Positions 26,688 to 38,039 of a stretch of DNA of 64,000 nucleotides are shown here, piece by piece. The first letter of the stretch is position 1; each line of letters starts with the position of its first letter. The position numbers were made by a program, and so were the translations under genes. Source of the DNA: Bacilli bacterium (GTDB lineage: Bacteria; Bacillota_I; Bacilli_A; ML615J-28; CAG-698); NCBI GenBank assembly GCA_017617065.1, contig JAFZWP010000022.1, positions 141,214 to 205,213 of the forward strand. The letters run 5' to 3'. Under the pieces are notes generated by a model. That model was not told the DNA's origin. It was given only the letters and a program-made list of their open reading frames with translations, and did no database searches.

Positions 26688-29105
26688 TTAAATTACAATA
26701 CTTACCAACTTATTAGGTACTACAATCACTTTCTTAACTGGATTATCACCAACATATTGTTTTACTTTTTCGTTAGCTAATGCGATTGCTTGCATCTCTT
26801 CATTTGATAATCCTTTAGCCACTTCTACTTTATCTCTAAGTTTTCCATTAACTTGGAATACTACTGTTACAGTGTCTTCATGAGTCTTAGCCTCTTCAAA
26901 CTCTGGCCACTTTTCGTAAACAATGCATCCTGCTTCTGGTTTAAGCATACTGTATAGTTCTTCAGTAATATGTGGACAAATTGGATTTAATAATTTTAAG
27001 AATCCAAGAGCATATTCAAGTGGTAAATTAGGATCTTTGAAACATTCATTCATAAATACCATCATTTGACTAATAGCAGTATTAAATCTTAGAGCATTAT
27101 AATCTTCGGTAACTTTCTTTACTGTTTGGTGATATAGTCTTTCTAAGTTTTTATTCTCAGGAACAATTTGAAGCATTTCTGTATAGAATCTATAAACTCT
27201 ATCTAAGAATCTATGTGGTCCTTCTACACCTTTAGTTGACCAAGGTTTAGTAGCCTCAAGTGGTCCCATAAACATTTCATATAAGCGAAGTGTGTCAGCA
27301 CCATAATCCCTAACTACATCATCAGGATTAATTACATTGCCCCTACTCTTACTCATCTTTTCCCCATCAACGCCTAAAATCATTCCTTGGTTGAATAATT
27401 TATGGAATGGTTCTTTACTATCTACAACTCCACAATCATATAATACTTTATGCCAAAATCTTGCATATAGTAAGTGTAATACAGCATGTTCAGTTCCACC
27501 AATATATAAATCGACTGGTAACCATTTATTTACCTCTTCTTGAACTAACTTATCGCTAAGTGGTAAAAAATCATCGCCATCTTTTAATAAATAACCAATA
27601 TAGTACCAACAAGATCCTGCCCATTGAGGCATAGTGTTAGTTTCTCTTCTTCCTTTAACCCCATCGCTTCTTACAACTTCAAGCCATTCATGAGCATTAG
27701 CTAGTGGACTTTCACCATTATGAGATAGTGTAACTCTTTCCATAATAGGTAATTCTAATGGTAAATCTTTTTCATCTAGAACACTTACTTTACCATCTTC
27801 CCAAAAGATTACTGGGAATGGTTCGCCCCAATATCTTTGGCGGCTAAAGATCCAATCTCTTAATCGATAGTTAACATCTTTATAACCAACGCCTTTTTCT
27901 TTTAAGAATTCAATCATCTTATTGATTGCATCTTGTTTATTCAAACCATTTAAGAATCCTGAATTAATGTGAATACCATCACCAGTATAGGCACCATTAC
28001 TCATATCGCCTTCAAGAACTTGAATAATATCGATATTATACTTCTTTGCAAATTCATAATCTCTTTCATCATGTGCAGGAACTGCCATAATAGCACCTGT
28101 TCCATAACTTGATAAAACATAATCTGCTATCCAAATAGGTAACTTCTTTCCATTTGCTGGATTAATTGCATAAGCACCAGTGAAGCATCCTGTTTTTTCT
28201 TTATTTAAATCGGTTCTTTCTAGATCACTCTTTGCTTTCGCAAAATCAATATATGCTTCAACTTCTTTTTTATGAGTAGCTGGTGTAATCTTTTTAACTA
28301 ATTTATGTTCAGGAGATAATACACAATATGTAGCACCGAATAAAGTATCAGCTCTTGTTGTAAATACTTCAAAAGTTTCTCTACTACCATCAACACTAAA
28401 TGTAATCTTAGCGCCTTCAGATTTACCAATCCAATTTCGTTGCATTTCTTTGACGTTTTCTGGCCAATCAAGTAAATCTAAGTCTTCAAGTAATCTTTCA
28501 GCGTAAGCAGTAATCTTTAAAACCCATTGTTTCATTGGTTTTTTGACAACTGGGAAGTTACCTCTTTCACTTACCATCTTACCATTATCGTTTAATACTT
28601 CTTCATTAGCTAATACTGTGCCTAATTCTTCACACCAGTTAACTTCAATATTTTTAACTTCAGCTAAGCCTTTTTCATATAGTTTAGTAAAAATCCATTG
28701 TGTCCATTTATAATATTTAGGATCGCATGTAGCAAGTTCTTTACTCCAGTCAAAAGATAAACCTAGCATTTGTAATTGATTTTTAAATATTTCAATATTG
28801 CGATATGTAAAGTCAGCTGGTGAATTGCCAGTATTAATTGCATATTGTTCTGCAGGCAATCCAAAGGCATCAAATCCCATTGGATGAAATACTGCATATC
28901 CTTGCATTCTTTTCATTCTAGAAACGATGTCTGTAGCAGTATAGCCTTCAGGATGACCCACATGTAATCCTGCTCCACTAGGGTAAGGGAACATATCAAG
29001 TGCATAAAACTTTTCCTTGTTTGTAACGAGCGGTTGTTTAAATACTTCGTTTTCAGCCCAGTATTTTTGCCATTTCTTTTCTATTTGTGTGTAATCATAA
29101 CTCAT
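26688..29105 (-). CDS. leuS: Leucine--tRNA ligase
   Basis: HIGH motif (HVGHPEGY) and KMSKS, 805 aa. Confidence 0.97.
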   Translation of the reverse strand: MSYDYTQIEKKWQKYWAENEVFKQPLVTNKEKFYALDMFPYPSGAGLHVGHPEGYTATDIVSRMKRMQGYAVFHPMGFDAFGLPAEQYAINTGNSPADFTYRNIEIFKNQLQMLGLSFDWSKELATCDPKYYKWTQWIFTKLYEKGLAEVKNIEVNWCEELGTVLANEEVLNDNGKMVSERGNFPVVKKPMKQWVLKITAYAERLLEDLDLLDWPENVKEMQRNWIGKSEGAKITFSVDGSRETFEVFTTRADTLFGATYCVLSPEHKLVKKITPATHKKEVEAYIDFAKAKSDLERTDLNKEKTGCFTGAYAINPANGKKLPIWIADYVLSSYGTGAIMAVPAHDERDYEFAKKYNIDIIQVLEGDMSNGAYTGDGIHINSGFLNGLNKQDAINKMIEFLKEKGVGYKDVNYRLRDWIFSRQRYWGEPFPVIFWEDGKVSVLDEKDLPLELPIMERVTLSHNGESPLANAHEWLEVVRSDGVKGRRETNTMPQWAGSCWYYIGYLLKDGDDFLPLSDKLVQEEVNKWLPVDLYIGGTEHAVLHLLYARFWHKVLYDCGVVDSKEPFHKLFNQGMILGVDGEKMSKSRGNVINPDDVVRDYGADTLRLYEMFMGPLEATKPWSTKGVEGPHRFLDRVYRFYTEMLQIVPENKNLERLYHQTVKKVTEDYNALRFNTAISQMMVFMNECFKDPNLPLEYALGFLKLLNPICPHITEELYSMLKPEAGCIVYEKWPEFEEAKTHEDTVTVVFQVNGKLRDKVEVAKGLSNEEMQAIALANEKVKQYVGDNPVKKVIVVPNKLVSIVI

Positions 29106-29116
29106 AATCTTATCTC

Positions 29117-29947
29117 CTAGTTTCTATCTCTGTTGCTTAATAATTGGTTTGTAGCAATCATATTATAAATAATAGCTAAAATAATTCCAATAAAATATAT
29201 AAATCTAAGACTAAATAATTGCGATAATAATCCACTTACCACCATTGGTGATAACGCGTAGCTTGCAATTACATAATTCTCTTTAAACGATATAATTCTT
29301 CTAGTCATCATTCTTTGAACTAGCGTTAATAAAAGCGCTATGGCTAACATAATGACTAAGTTAGCAAATGTATATCCAATTGCAACACCGATTGTTAAAT
29401 ACGGAATATATTTTTTAATTTCCTTATTAGCAACATTAAATATATCATTCCAAAAATCATAATTCTCTTCTGATGCCGCATGTTTTAAATTGATATTAGT
29501 TAGTTCATCATACTCTTCATATTTAAACATAGGCAGTGATGTTACATTACTACCATTTAGATAATAATAAATACTAACTTCGTTTTCCGTAAATACAATC
29601 CTATACATTGTTTTTTTAGTTGGTGCACTTACTTCTTTTAGGCTAAGTGTTACCATAAAATCATTATCGATATAATAATCACTGAGTAATGCGTCGCTTG
29701 TAGCAGTGAGTTTATTATCTACAATTGTAAATGGTATTTCTTCATCTTTAAAAGCAGCTTGTATTTTAACTCTATTATCAAATGATATCTTATCAAACCT
29801 AGCTACCTTGATACACGCAGGTATCATCATTATAAACGCTAGTAATAATAAATAAGCAAAGACTAAGCCAAAAGAATCAACACGCATGTTGATGATTTCT
29901 GTTGGCACAAACAAAGCAGTCTTTAATCTCTTTATCATTCTTACCAC
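29117..29947 (-). CDS. DUF1189/YvdJ-like membrane protein
   Basis: 276 aa. N-terminal helix, then an extracytoplasmic segment, then 3 C-terminal TM helices. Family assigned from the N-terminal pattern by memory. Its stop is 11 nt upstream of the leuS start codon. Confidence 0.5.
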   Translation of the reverse strand: MVRMIKRLKTALFVPTEIINMRVDSFGLVFAYLLLLAFIMMIPACIKVARFDKISFDNRVKIQAAFKDEEIPFTIVDNKLTATSDALLSDYYIDNDFMVTLSLKEVSAPTKKTMYRIVFTENEVSIYYYLNGSNVTSLPMFKYEEYDELTNINLKHAASEENYDFWNDIFNVANKEIKKYIPYLTIGVAIGYTFANLVIMLAIALLLTLVQRMMTRRIISFKENYVIASYALSPMVVSGLLSQLFSLRFIYFIGIILAIIYNMIATNQLLSNRDRN

Positions 29948-30035
29948 CTATAATTATATGCATTATATCATATTATTTTACTTCTAACAATAACGAAGTA
30001 GCTTATATTCGGTTATATTATTAAACAATTATTTC

Positions 30036-30863
30036 CTATCTATACCAGCTTGGATAACACTCGATTTCAACTTTTTTATGATCTATTGGGTGCATAAAGC
30101 CTAGTTTATAGCAGTGTAACATCAGTTCACCATCACCATCACCATATAATTTATCCCCTAAAAGTGAGTGATTATGGTAGGCAAAATGAACTCTAATTTG
30201 ATGTGTTCTACCAGTCAAAAGCTTTGCTTCCACTATAGATACATCTCCATTTTCTAAAACTTTATATAAGGTGTGGGCGCTTTTTCCATCTGTAAACACC
30301 CATCTTTTGATGTTAATTTCTTCTACTCTTCTAATTGGATCAGTATATTCTCCTTCCATATTTTTAAAAGATCCACGCACTTTGCATAAATAATACTTAT
30401 CAAATTTGGCATCATTTAGAAGATTATGAATGTATCCATTCTTAGCAATTAAGACAATTCCACTTGTGGAAAAATCTAATCTGGTGACAATATGAATGTT
30501 AGATTCAATACCTTTTTCTAAATAATATTTCTTTACTGAACTAATCAAATTATCTTCTTGATGCCTTTTAGATGGTTGAATTGCTAAGTTAGATTGCTTG
30601 TTTACGATTAATAAATAATCATCTTCATAGAGTATATCTAGAGGAATATCATTGGTTTTAAAGTCTTCATTTAGCTTTTCATTATATTCTATTTCAATAA
30701 TATCGCCACTATTTACTATAAAATAATTTTTAACTAGATTACCATTAACATAAGCAATATCTTCCATTCTTACACGTTTAAGTAAATTACGTGATACGCC
30801 TTGTAATTTCAAATAATCCTTTAATTTAATATTATCTTGGTCAACTACATACTTAATTTTCAT
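30036..30863 (-). CDS. RluA-family pseudouridine synthase with S4-like N-terminal domain
   Basis: TRLDFSTSG (catalytic Asp motif) and GRTHQIRVH, 275 aa. Confidence 0.85.
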   Translation of the reverse strand: MKIKYVVDQDNIKLKDYLKLQGVSRNLLKRVRMEDIAYVNGNLVKNYFIVNSGDIIEIEYNEKLNEDFKTNDIPLDILYEDDYLLIVNKQSNLAIQPSKRHQEDNLISSVKKYYLEKGIESNIHIVTRLDFSTSGIVLIAKNGYIHNLLNDAKFDKYYLCKVRGSFKNMEGEYTDPIRRVEEINIKRWVFTDGKSAHTLYKVLENGDVSIVEAKLLTGRTHQIRVHFAYHNHSLLGDKLYGDGDGELMLHCYKLGFMHPIDHKKVEIECYPSWYR

Positions 30864-30897
30864 ATAACCATTATACTCTTAATTATTGCAATTTAAA

Positions 30898-30919
30898 AGT
30901 CCACACTTTTGTGTGGACT
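30898..30919 (-). terminator. Terminator after the EF-G-like gene
   Basis: AGUCCACAC-AAAA-GUGUGGACU followed by UUUAAAU. Confidence 0.65.
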
Positions 30920-30927
30920 AATTTGAA

Positions 30928-32868
30928 TTATTGAGCTTGTTTGTATTCGTCACAAATCTTCTTGATTAACATTTCAGGAACTTCTTCATAACGAACGAAC
31001 TTTCTTGAGAATCTACCACTTGCTTGAGTCATAGCTTTTAAGTCAGTAGTATATTTAATGATTTCAGCTTCAGGAACTTCAGCGACGATCTTGCTCTTGC
31101 CACCTTCTAATTCTTCAGTAGATAAGATACGGCCACGACGTTTTGTCATATCACCCATGATAGCTCCGAAGTATTCTGATTTAGCAATTACTTCTACTTC
31201 CATAATAGGTTCTAGAATTGTAGGACGTAATTTATCAACAGCGTTCTTGAATGCAAGACCAGCAGCGATAACGAATGAAATTTCATTAGAATCTACTGGA
31301 TGGTAGCTTCCATCATATAATGTAGCCTTAACTTTGATTACAGGGAATCCAGCTAATGGGCCATGTTCTAATACTTTAATTAAACCTTTTTCTACAGCAG
31401 GGAAGTAGTTTTTAGGAACTGATCCACCGAAGATTTCTTCGCAGAATTCGAAGTCTTTGTCAGTAGGTTCAAATCTAATCCAAACATCACCGAATTGTCC
31501 AGCACCACCAGATTGCTTCTTATGACGTCCTTGTGCTTCGCCTTTAGAACGAATTGTTTCTCTATAAACGATCTTTGGATCTGCTAAGTCAACATCAACT
31601 TTATACATATTCTTCATCTTTTCAAGAATATATCCGATGTGAGTCATACCTTGACCACCGATTAAAGTTTGACTTGTTTCAGCATTTCTCTTAATTTCAA
31701 ATGTTTCATCTTCTACAGATAATTTTTGTAAAGCTGTAGAGATCTTTTCTTCATCTTGTTTATTCTTTGGATTAATTGCTACATAAATTGTAGGTGTTGG
31801 ATGTTCTTCTTTCTTGAAAGTAACAACATCTTTTTTATCACAAACTGTACATCCTGTGAATAAGTTAGCCATCTTAGCTACAGCTACGATATCACCAGCA
31901 AATGCAGCATCAACTGGAATTTGAGTCTTACCCATCATTGAGAATAATTGGCTCATCTTTAATGTTTCACCAGTATTTGCTAAAACTGCTTCTTGAGCAA
32001 CCCTTACAGATCCTGAGCAAACTTTTAAGAAGTTAATTGAACCTACGAATGGGTCAGAAATAGTCTTGAATACTCTTGCACTAAATGGAGCGTTGTCATC
32101 AGCTTTTCTTTCAACTTCTTTGCCAGATGCATCAACACCCTTGATTGGTGCAACGCTGCATGGAGATGGTAATACATCGATTACTTTATCCATTAATTCT
32201 TTAACGCCTTCATTCTTAATTGCACTAGCAGTAACAATTGGGAAGAAGTCACAATTTAGAGTAGCGTTTCTTAATCCTTTAACAGTATCTTCTTCGCTTA
32301 ATTCTAATTCTTCTAAATATTTATTTAATAATTCTTCATCACTTTCAGCTGCAATTTCCATTAATTCTTCACTGAATGGAGCACTAACTTCTTTTGCATG
32401 GCTTGATAATTCATCGTTGATTTCAGCTAGTACTGCATCCATCTTAACATTTTCTTTATCAATCTTATTGATTAAGATTAATGTAGGGATTTTACGAGCA
32501 CGTAATTCATCCCAACATCTTTCAGTACCAACTTGAACACCGCTTGATGCATCAACTAATAAGATAGCTCCATCTACAACGCTTAATACATTTTCAATTT
32601 CTCCAATGAATTCTTCAGAACCTGGAGTATCAATAAAATTGATTTTATATCCGTTGTATTCTACAGGAATTAAACTAGCAGTTAGTGTAGTTTGTCTGTT
32701 TTGTTCTTCAGCTGTATAATCACCAACAGTATTCTTCCTTTCAACTTCGCCTTTAGCCTTAATTGCTCCGCTTACGAATAATAAGCTTTCAGCTAAAGAT
32801 GTTTTACCAGTTCCTAAGTGACCAAGTAAAGCGACGTTTCTAATTTGTTTGCTATGATATTCTTTCAT
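30928..32868 (-). CDS. EF-G-family translational GTPase paralog with divergent switch regions
   Basis: 646 aa with five-domain EF-G-like length and order. G1 GHLGTGKTS, G4 NKID. Switch II reads DTPGSEEF (canonical DTPGH), and switch I reads NRQTTLTAS (canonical RGITI). Confidence 0.75.
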   Translation of the reverse strand: MKEYHSKQIRNVALLGHLGTGKTSLAESLLFVSGAIKAKGEVERKNTVGDYTAEEQNRQTTLTASLIPVEYNGYKINFIDTPGSEEFIGEIENVLSVVDGAILLVDASSGVQVGTERCWDELRARKIPTLILINKIDKENVKMDAVLAEINDELSSHAKEVSAPFSEELMEIAAESDEELLNKYLEELELSEEDTVKGLRNATLNCDFFPIVTASAIKNEGVKELMDKVIDVLPSPCSVAPIKGVDASGKEVERKADDNAPFSARVFKTISDPFVGSINFLKVCSGSVRVAQEAVLANTGETLKMSQLFSMMGKTQIPVDAAFAGDIVAVAKMANLFTGCTVCDKKDVVTFKKEEHPTPTIYVAINPKNKQDEEKISTALQKLSVEDETFEIKRNAETSQTLIGGQGMTHIGYILEKMKNMYKVDVDLADPKIVYRETIRSKGEAQGRHKKQSGGAGQFGDVWIRFEPTDKDFEFCEEIFGGSVPKNYFPAVEKGLIKVLEHGPLAGFPVIKVKATLYDGSYHPVDSNEISFVIAAGLAFKNAVDKLRPTILEPIMEVEVIAKSEYFGAIMGDMTKRRGRILSTEELEGGKSKIVAEVPEAEIIKYTTDLKAMTQASGRFSRKFVRYEEVPEMLIKKICDEYKQAQ

Positions 32869-32941
32869 ATTCGATAATCTCCTTTATTATGTCCTTTACC
32901 ATTATACTATAAATAAGTATCTTTTACTAGTTTTTTTTATT

Positions 32942-35224
32942 TTATTCAATTCCTTCTTTGTAATGCCCATATGTGACATCTTCTAAATCATATTCTTCAA
33001 TATATTTATCATTGTTTAGGCTAGAATTAAAGGCATTAATATATTCTTCAATTACTACTTCGTAATCTTCTTCAATACTTAAATCCACAAGTAAGTTATT
33101 AACGCCCATTTTTAATAATTCATCAACTTGATTTACTAAATGTAATCTCTTTGAATTAAGCAATTTTAAATGACATGCTCCATCATTTACCAACGGGAAC
33201 TTATAACCCAGTCTATCCATCAAATAATAATTATTGTTTTTGCATGCTCCGCATCCTAGTTTTTCATAACCTAATGCTTTATTAATCAAGCAATGCTTCA
33301 TAATCATTAATTCATAATATCCATATACCATAACCATAATATTAGGGATATTACCATATACTGCCTTATATGTATCAATAGTCGATACTATATCATCTTT
33401 ACTAGCTTCAATTGACATACCAACTATTTCACAACCATTCTCTAACATATTTCTTACACTTGCATAATTAATTACATTAGAATAAACATTAACTACTTTC
33501 TTATTATATATACCTTTATCATTAATTCTATGATCGACTAATATAATATTTAAATCTTCATCAAGTAGTTTATATTTGCATGCGGCATCATACATCTTTT
33601 CATTTTCTAAAAGAATATCTTTAGCGCCTAGGTTGATACATGCTTCTAACTGATTTAATGATGATACTTTAAAGAATAAATGTTTCTTATTATCGTTATA
33701 TACATCTATATTGCTTGGGACAAACTTACAAACTTCAGTAGGTGTTTTTCCTTTTCTTATATTATATAGGGCATCAATGGCATTTCTTCTTAATTCGTTA
33801 ATTTCTTTGATTGGTAAAAACATTGAATCTTTAATTTCAATATTTCTAAATTCATAAATAGTATCCCTAGTTTTTCTAAGTTGTTCTTCTTGGCGCAGTT
33901 TAATATCAGCACTTCTAGCTGCTTCATACGGATAAGTTGACTTTACCGATACTTTATTTTTACCATCAGTTATTTCTAAGCAAGCAGTTCCATCTAAATA
34001 TAGTTTAGCATCAAGCAATACTTTTTGTTCCTTAACGTTAGTTATTTCGTTTTCTAACAAAGCATCGCTTGTCTTTAATACTGTTGCGCCAACATCCGCA
34101 ACCTTGTGAACTTTGATTTGGATTAAATCACCGGCTACTGCGTGTTTTCCTTTAATACCATTAACAAACATCTCATTAACAACGATTGGATCGTTTTCTT
34201 TACTTAAGATTCTTAAACCATCACCGCTTCTAATAGCATCTTCTAATTTAATATAAGCATAGCCATTATTATATTTTGTTACTTTACCAACTTTAATACC
34301 AATGTGATTAGATGTGGATACATTAGTGAAGTGTTTATTGTTTTCGTTAAACAAATAGCCTTTAGTAAACGAACGATTAAACATTACTGCTAAGTCTTTT
34401 TTATAAACTTCTATTTGCTTTTCATCTAAGCTTGTATCAATTGCTTTACGATATCTATTAGTAACTAGGCCAACATATTCTGGCTTTCTCATTCTTCCCT
34501 CAATTTTGATTGAGGAAACGCCAGCTTTAATTAATTCATCAATATTATCTATTTCGCATAAATCTCTTGGACTTAAATAATACCTCTTAGCACCTTTGGC
34601 TAGCTCTTCATCTTTAACTAGTTCGTAAGGAAGTCTACACGGTTGAGCACATCTACCTCTATTACCACTTCTTTTACCAATTACACTTGATAAATAGCAA
34701 TTACCAGAATAGCACATGCATAGTGCTCCATGGGCAAATACTTCTACTTCAATCCCAACTTTACTGACTATTTCTTTAACTACTTCAATTGGTGTCTCGC
34801 GTGCTAAAATAATACGCTTAAAACCAAATTCTTTAAGCTCTTTAGCGTGATTTACGCTTAAGCAATTCATTTGCGTAGAAGCATGTAAAGCTAAAGCAGG
34901 ATATACTTGTTTTAAAATTGAAGCTAATCCTAAATCTTGAATAATGATAGCATCTACTCCACCCTTATAAAGTATACCAATGAATTCAACACAACTATTT
35001 AATTCATTATTCTTAATAACTGTATTAACTGTTACATATACTTTTTTATCTCTTTCATGCGCATAATTAATTGCTTCAAGTAATTCTTCATTTGTAAAGT
35101 TAGCAGCATATGCTCTAGCACCAAAATTTTTACCAGCAATATAAACTGCATCTGCGCCATTATTAATAGCTAGTTTAAATGACGTCATATCACCAGCAGG
35201 TGCTAATAATTCCACTCTTGCCAT
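32942..35224 (-). CDS. Peptidase U32-family protein, long form
   Basis: N-terminal ELLAPAG...AVYIAG and U32 signature EVFAHGALCMCYSGNCYLSS. 760 aa, with an additional Cys-containing C-terminal region. Confidence 0.8.
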   Translation of the reverse strand: MARVELLAPAGDMTSFKLAINNGADAVYIAGKNFGARAYAANFTNEELLEAINYAHERDKKVYVTVNTVIKNNELNSCVEFIGILYKGGVDAIIIQDLGLASILKQVYPALALHASTQMNCLSVNHAKELKEFGFKRIILARETPIEVVKEIVSKVGIEVEVFAHGALCMCYSGNCYLSSVIGKRSGNRGRCAQPCRLPYELVKDEELAKGAKRYYLSPRDLCEIDNIDELIKAGVSSIKIEGRMRKPEYVGLVTNRYRKAIDTSLDEKQIEVYKKDLAVMFNRSFTKGYLFNENNKHFTNVSTSNHIGIKVGKVTKYNNGYAYIKLEDAIRSGDGLRILSKENDPIVVNEMFVNGIKGKHAVAGDLIQIKVHKVADVGATVLKTSDALLENEITNVKEQKVLLDAKLYLDGTACLEITDGKNKVSVKSTYPYEAARSADIKLRQEEQLRKTRDTIYEFRNIEIKDSMFLPIKEINELRRNAIDALYNIRKGKTPTEVCKFVPSNIDVYNDNKKHLFFKVSSLNQLEACINLGAKDILLENEKMYDAACKYKLLDEDLNIILVDHRINDKGIYNKKVVNVYSNVINYASVRNMLENGCEIVGMSIEASKDDIVSTIDTYKAVYGNIPNIMVMVYGYYELMIMKHCLINKALGYEKLGCGACKNNNYYLMDRLGYKFPLVNDGACHLKLLNSKRLHLVNQVDELLKMGVNNLLVDLSIEEDYEVVIEEYINAFNSSLNNDKYIEEYDLEDVTYGHYKEGIE

Positions 35225-35245
35225 ATGTCCCCCTTACAATTAATA

Positions 35246-35270
35246 AAGCGAATAGATTATCTACTCGCTT
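35246..35270 (-). terminator. Possible terminator after degV
   Basis: AAGCGAGUAG-AUAAU-CUAUUCGCUU followed by a weak U/A tract (UAUUAAUU). Confidence 0.4.
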
Positions 35271-35277
35271 ATTAATT

Positions 35278-36123
35278 TTATTCTTTTACGATATATAAAA
35301 TACCAATAGTTCTTGGTCCACAATGAGCAGCAATTACGCTACTTGCATTTGTTTCCACAAGATTATCAATTTGAACATCACGTTTCTTTAATTCATTCAT
35401 TAAATATACTGCATCTTCGTGTGTATCAGGATGAGTAACGAATACGAAATCAGGATCGATATTATTAATATCAGCATCAAACATTTCTAGTTGCATATCT
35501 AACGCTTTCTTATAATTACCAATTGGTTTCTTAGCTACAATCATTTTACCATCAACAACTTTTACGATTGGTTTAATCTTAAGTAGAGTACCAAAAAGTC
35601 TTGCAGTTCCTGAACATCTTCCACCTTTATGTAAGTAATCAAGTGTATCAATAGCAAATTGAGTTCTTACTCTTGGTTTAATCTTTTCAATTTCTTCTAC
35701 GATTTCTGGAGCACTCATACCAAGGTCACGAAATTTAGCTGCTTTTAATAAAAGTAAGCCAATACCAGTAGATAAGTTAGCACTATCGATTGGATAGAAA
35801 TTAGGACATTCTTCTGCTGCAAGTCTAGCATTATTATATGTACCTGAAATTCCTCCGCTTATACCCATATAGATAACATCTTCATCTGCAGGGTATTCTT
35901 TTACTAAATCTACAAAGTATGCAGGTGGCACACTTGCTGTGTGTGGCATTTGACCAGTTTCATCGATTAGTTTAAATAGCATCTTAGTATCGATATCAAC
36001 TCCACCTTTATATGATTTATCACCGATATTAATAATTAATGGGAATTCTCTAATTCCATATTTCTCTTTTAATTCGGGTGTTAAGTCTGATGTACAATCT
36101 GTAATAATATTTACTTTTCTCAT
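35278..36123 (-). CDS. DegV-family fatty-acid-binding protein
   Basis: 281 aa with a typical DegV layout (IITDCTSDL..., GISGGISGTYN). Confidence 0.85.
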   Translation of the reverse strand: MRKVNIITDCTSDLTPELKEKYGIREFPLIINIGDKSYKGGVDIDTKMLFKLIDETGQMPHTASVPPAYFVDLVKEYPADEDVIYMGISGGISGTYNNARLAAEECPNFYPIDSANLSTGIGLLLLKAAKFRDLGMSAPEIVEEIEKIKPRVRTQFAIDTLDYLHKGGRCSGTARLFGTLLKIKPIVKVVDGKMIVAKKPIGNYKKALDMQLEMFDADINNIDPDFVFVTHPDTHEDAVYLMNELKKRDVQIDNLVETNASSVIAAHCGPRTIGILYIVKE

Positions 36124-36184
36124 AATTCACCTCTCGATAATTAAATTATATATGCTTTAACGATATTAAACAAGTTTTATTATT

Positions 36185-38026
36185 TTACTTGTTCTTGGCA
36201 TCCCATTTTTTACGTTCAACTGTATCTAGAATTCTTTTACGAAGTCTAACACTTCTTGGCGTAATTTCTACAAGTTCATCATCGTTAATATAATCTAAGC
36301 ATACTTCTAAGCTCATACGACGTGGTTTCTTTAAAACAATAGTTACTTCTTTATTAGCTTCACGCATGTTTGTTAAGTTCTTTTGTTTAGCGACGTTTAC
36401 GCTCATATCTTCTTCACGATTACATTCACCAACGATTTGGCCTTCATATACTTCTTCGTGCGGTTCAATGAATAATACGCCACGATCTTCAATATTTCCA
36501 ATTCCATAGGCATTACTCATTCCTGTAAAGGCAGCAACAAGTACACCCCATTTACGGTTTCCTAGTGTGGCATTAGCATCCATTGGTCTATAATCTAAGA
36601 ATGAGTGAGATAATGTGCCATAGCCTTTTGTGGCTGTAAGGAAAGATGTAGATAGTCCAATTAAGCCGCGTGATGGAATTGTATAAATAATTCTAGTTTG
36701 GCTTCCATCAGCGCTCATATCTTCAAATATTCCGCCACGATTACCAAACAAGCTAATAACATCACCTGCTGATTCATTAGGCACATCAATTTGCGCAAAT
36801 TCATATGGTTCGTAAACTTCACCATCTATTTCTTTTAAAATAGGCTTAGGTCTAGATACTTGGAATTCATATCCTTCACGACGCATATTTTCAATTAATA
36901 TTCCTAGATGTAATTCGCCTCTTCCGCAAACTACCCATTCATCACTAGTACCGATTCTTTTAACTCTTAAACTTACATCTTTTTGTGTTTCTTTAAACAA
37001 TCTATCATCTAACTTAGTGCTAGTTACAAACTTCCCTTCTTTACCAGCAAATGGAGAAGTGTTTGTGCCAAAGATCATTTCAATTGTTGGTTCACTAACA
37101 TGGATTGGTGGCAAAGCTTCTTCAGCCCCAACATCACAAACCGTTTCACCAACATAAATATCACCAAGTCCTGCTATAGCTACAATATCACCGGCATAAG
37201 CAACTTCGGTTTCAATCTTATTTAATCCTAAGAATGTAAAGATTTTTTGAATTCTAAATTGTTTAATTGACCCATCTCTTCTAATGCAACTAGCCATTTG
37301 GTTTAGGTGCATTGCACCTCTTTGAATTCTACCAATCGCCATTCTACCAACATAATCATTATAATCAAGTAATGATCCTTGGAATTGCAAACTTCCATTA
37401 ACATTTACAGCTTTCTCCGTTTTATCAGGAGCTGGTATTTCACTAACGATTAAATCAAATAGTGGATCCATAGTTTCTTTTTGTGTTGATAAGTCACTAG
37501 ATAAGCTGCACGTTCCTTTCAAAGCACTAACGTATGCTACTTTAAAATCGATTTGTTCATCATTAGCACCCAACTCTATAAATAAATCTAATACTTCATC
37601 AACTACATAATCCGGTCTAGCTGAATCTTTATCAACTTTGTTTATTACTACAATTGGCTTTAAGCCATATTCTAATGCTTTCTTTAAAACAAATCTTGTT
37701 TGAGGCATTGTTCCTTCATAGGCATCTACTACTAGTAATACGCCATCAACCATAGTCATGATTCTTTCAACTTCGCCGGAGAAATCAGCATGACCAGGTG
37801 TATCTAAAATATTAATTTTATAATTCTTATAATATATAGCAGTATTTTTAGCAAGAATCGTAATTCCTCTTTCACGCTCTAAGTCGTTAGAGTCCATGGC
37901 TCTTTCTTCAATTTGTTCTCTTGCTTGTAAAGTAGAACTCTTTTTAAGCATTTGATCAACTAATGTAGTTTTACCATGGTCAACATGTGCAATAATAGCT
38001 ATATTTCTAATTTCCATATTTTCCAT
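36185..38026 (-). CDS. typA: Translational GTPase TypA/BipA
   Basis: AHVDHGKTT, DTPGHADF, NKVD. Start set at ATG 38026 (AAGGTG 6 nt upstream) rather than the track start at 38047. Confidence 0.93.
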   Translation of the reverse strand: MENMEIRNIAIIAHVDHGKTTLVDQMLKKSSTLQAREQIEERAMDSNDLERERGITILAKNTAIYYKNYKINILDTPGHADFSGEVERIMTMVDGVLLVVDAYEGTMPQTRFVLKKALEYGLKPIVVINKVDKDSARPDYVVDEVLDLFIELGANDEQIDFKVAYVSALKGTCSLSSDLSTQKETMDPLFDLIVSEIPAPDKTEKAVNVNGSLQFQGSLLDYNDYVGRMAIGRIQRGAMHLNQMASCIRRDGSIKQFRIQKIFTFLGLNKIETEVAYAGDIVAIAGLGDIYVGETVCDVGAEEALPPIHVSEPTIEMIFGTNTSPFAGKEGKFVTSTKLDDRLFKETQKDVSLRVKRIGTSDEWVVCGRGELHLGILIENMRREGYEFQVSRPKPILKEIDGEVYEPYEFAQIDVPNESAGDVISLFGNRGGIFEDMSADGSQTRIIYTIPSRGLIGLSTSFLTATKGYGTLSHSFLDYRPMDANATLGNRKWGVLVAAFTGMSNAYGIGNIEDRGVLFIEPHEEVYEGQIVGECNREEDMSVNVAKQKNLTNMREANKEVTIVLKKPRRMSLEVCLDYINDDELVEITPRSVRLRKRILDTVERKKWDAKNK

Positions 38027-38039
38027 ATAATTCACCTTT

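Noticed and set aside
29106-29116. T-box leader upstream of leuS
   Set aside because: Only 11 nt separate the leuS start from the upstream gene stop, which leaves no room for a leader of about 200 nt. leuS is apparently co-transcribed with the DUF1189-like gene.
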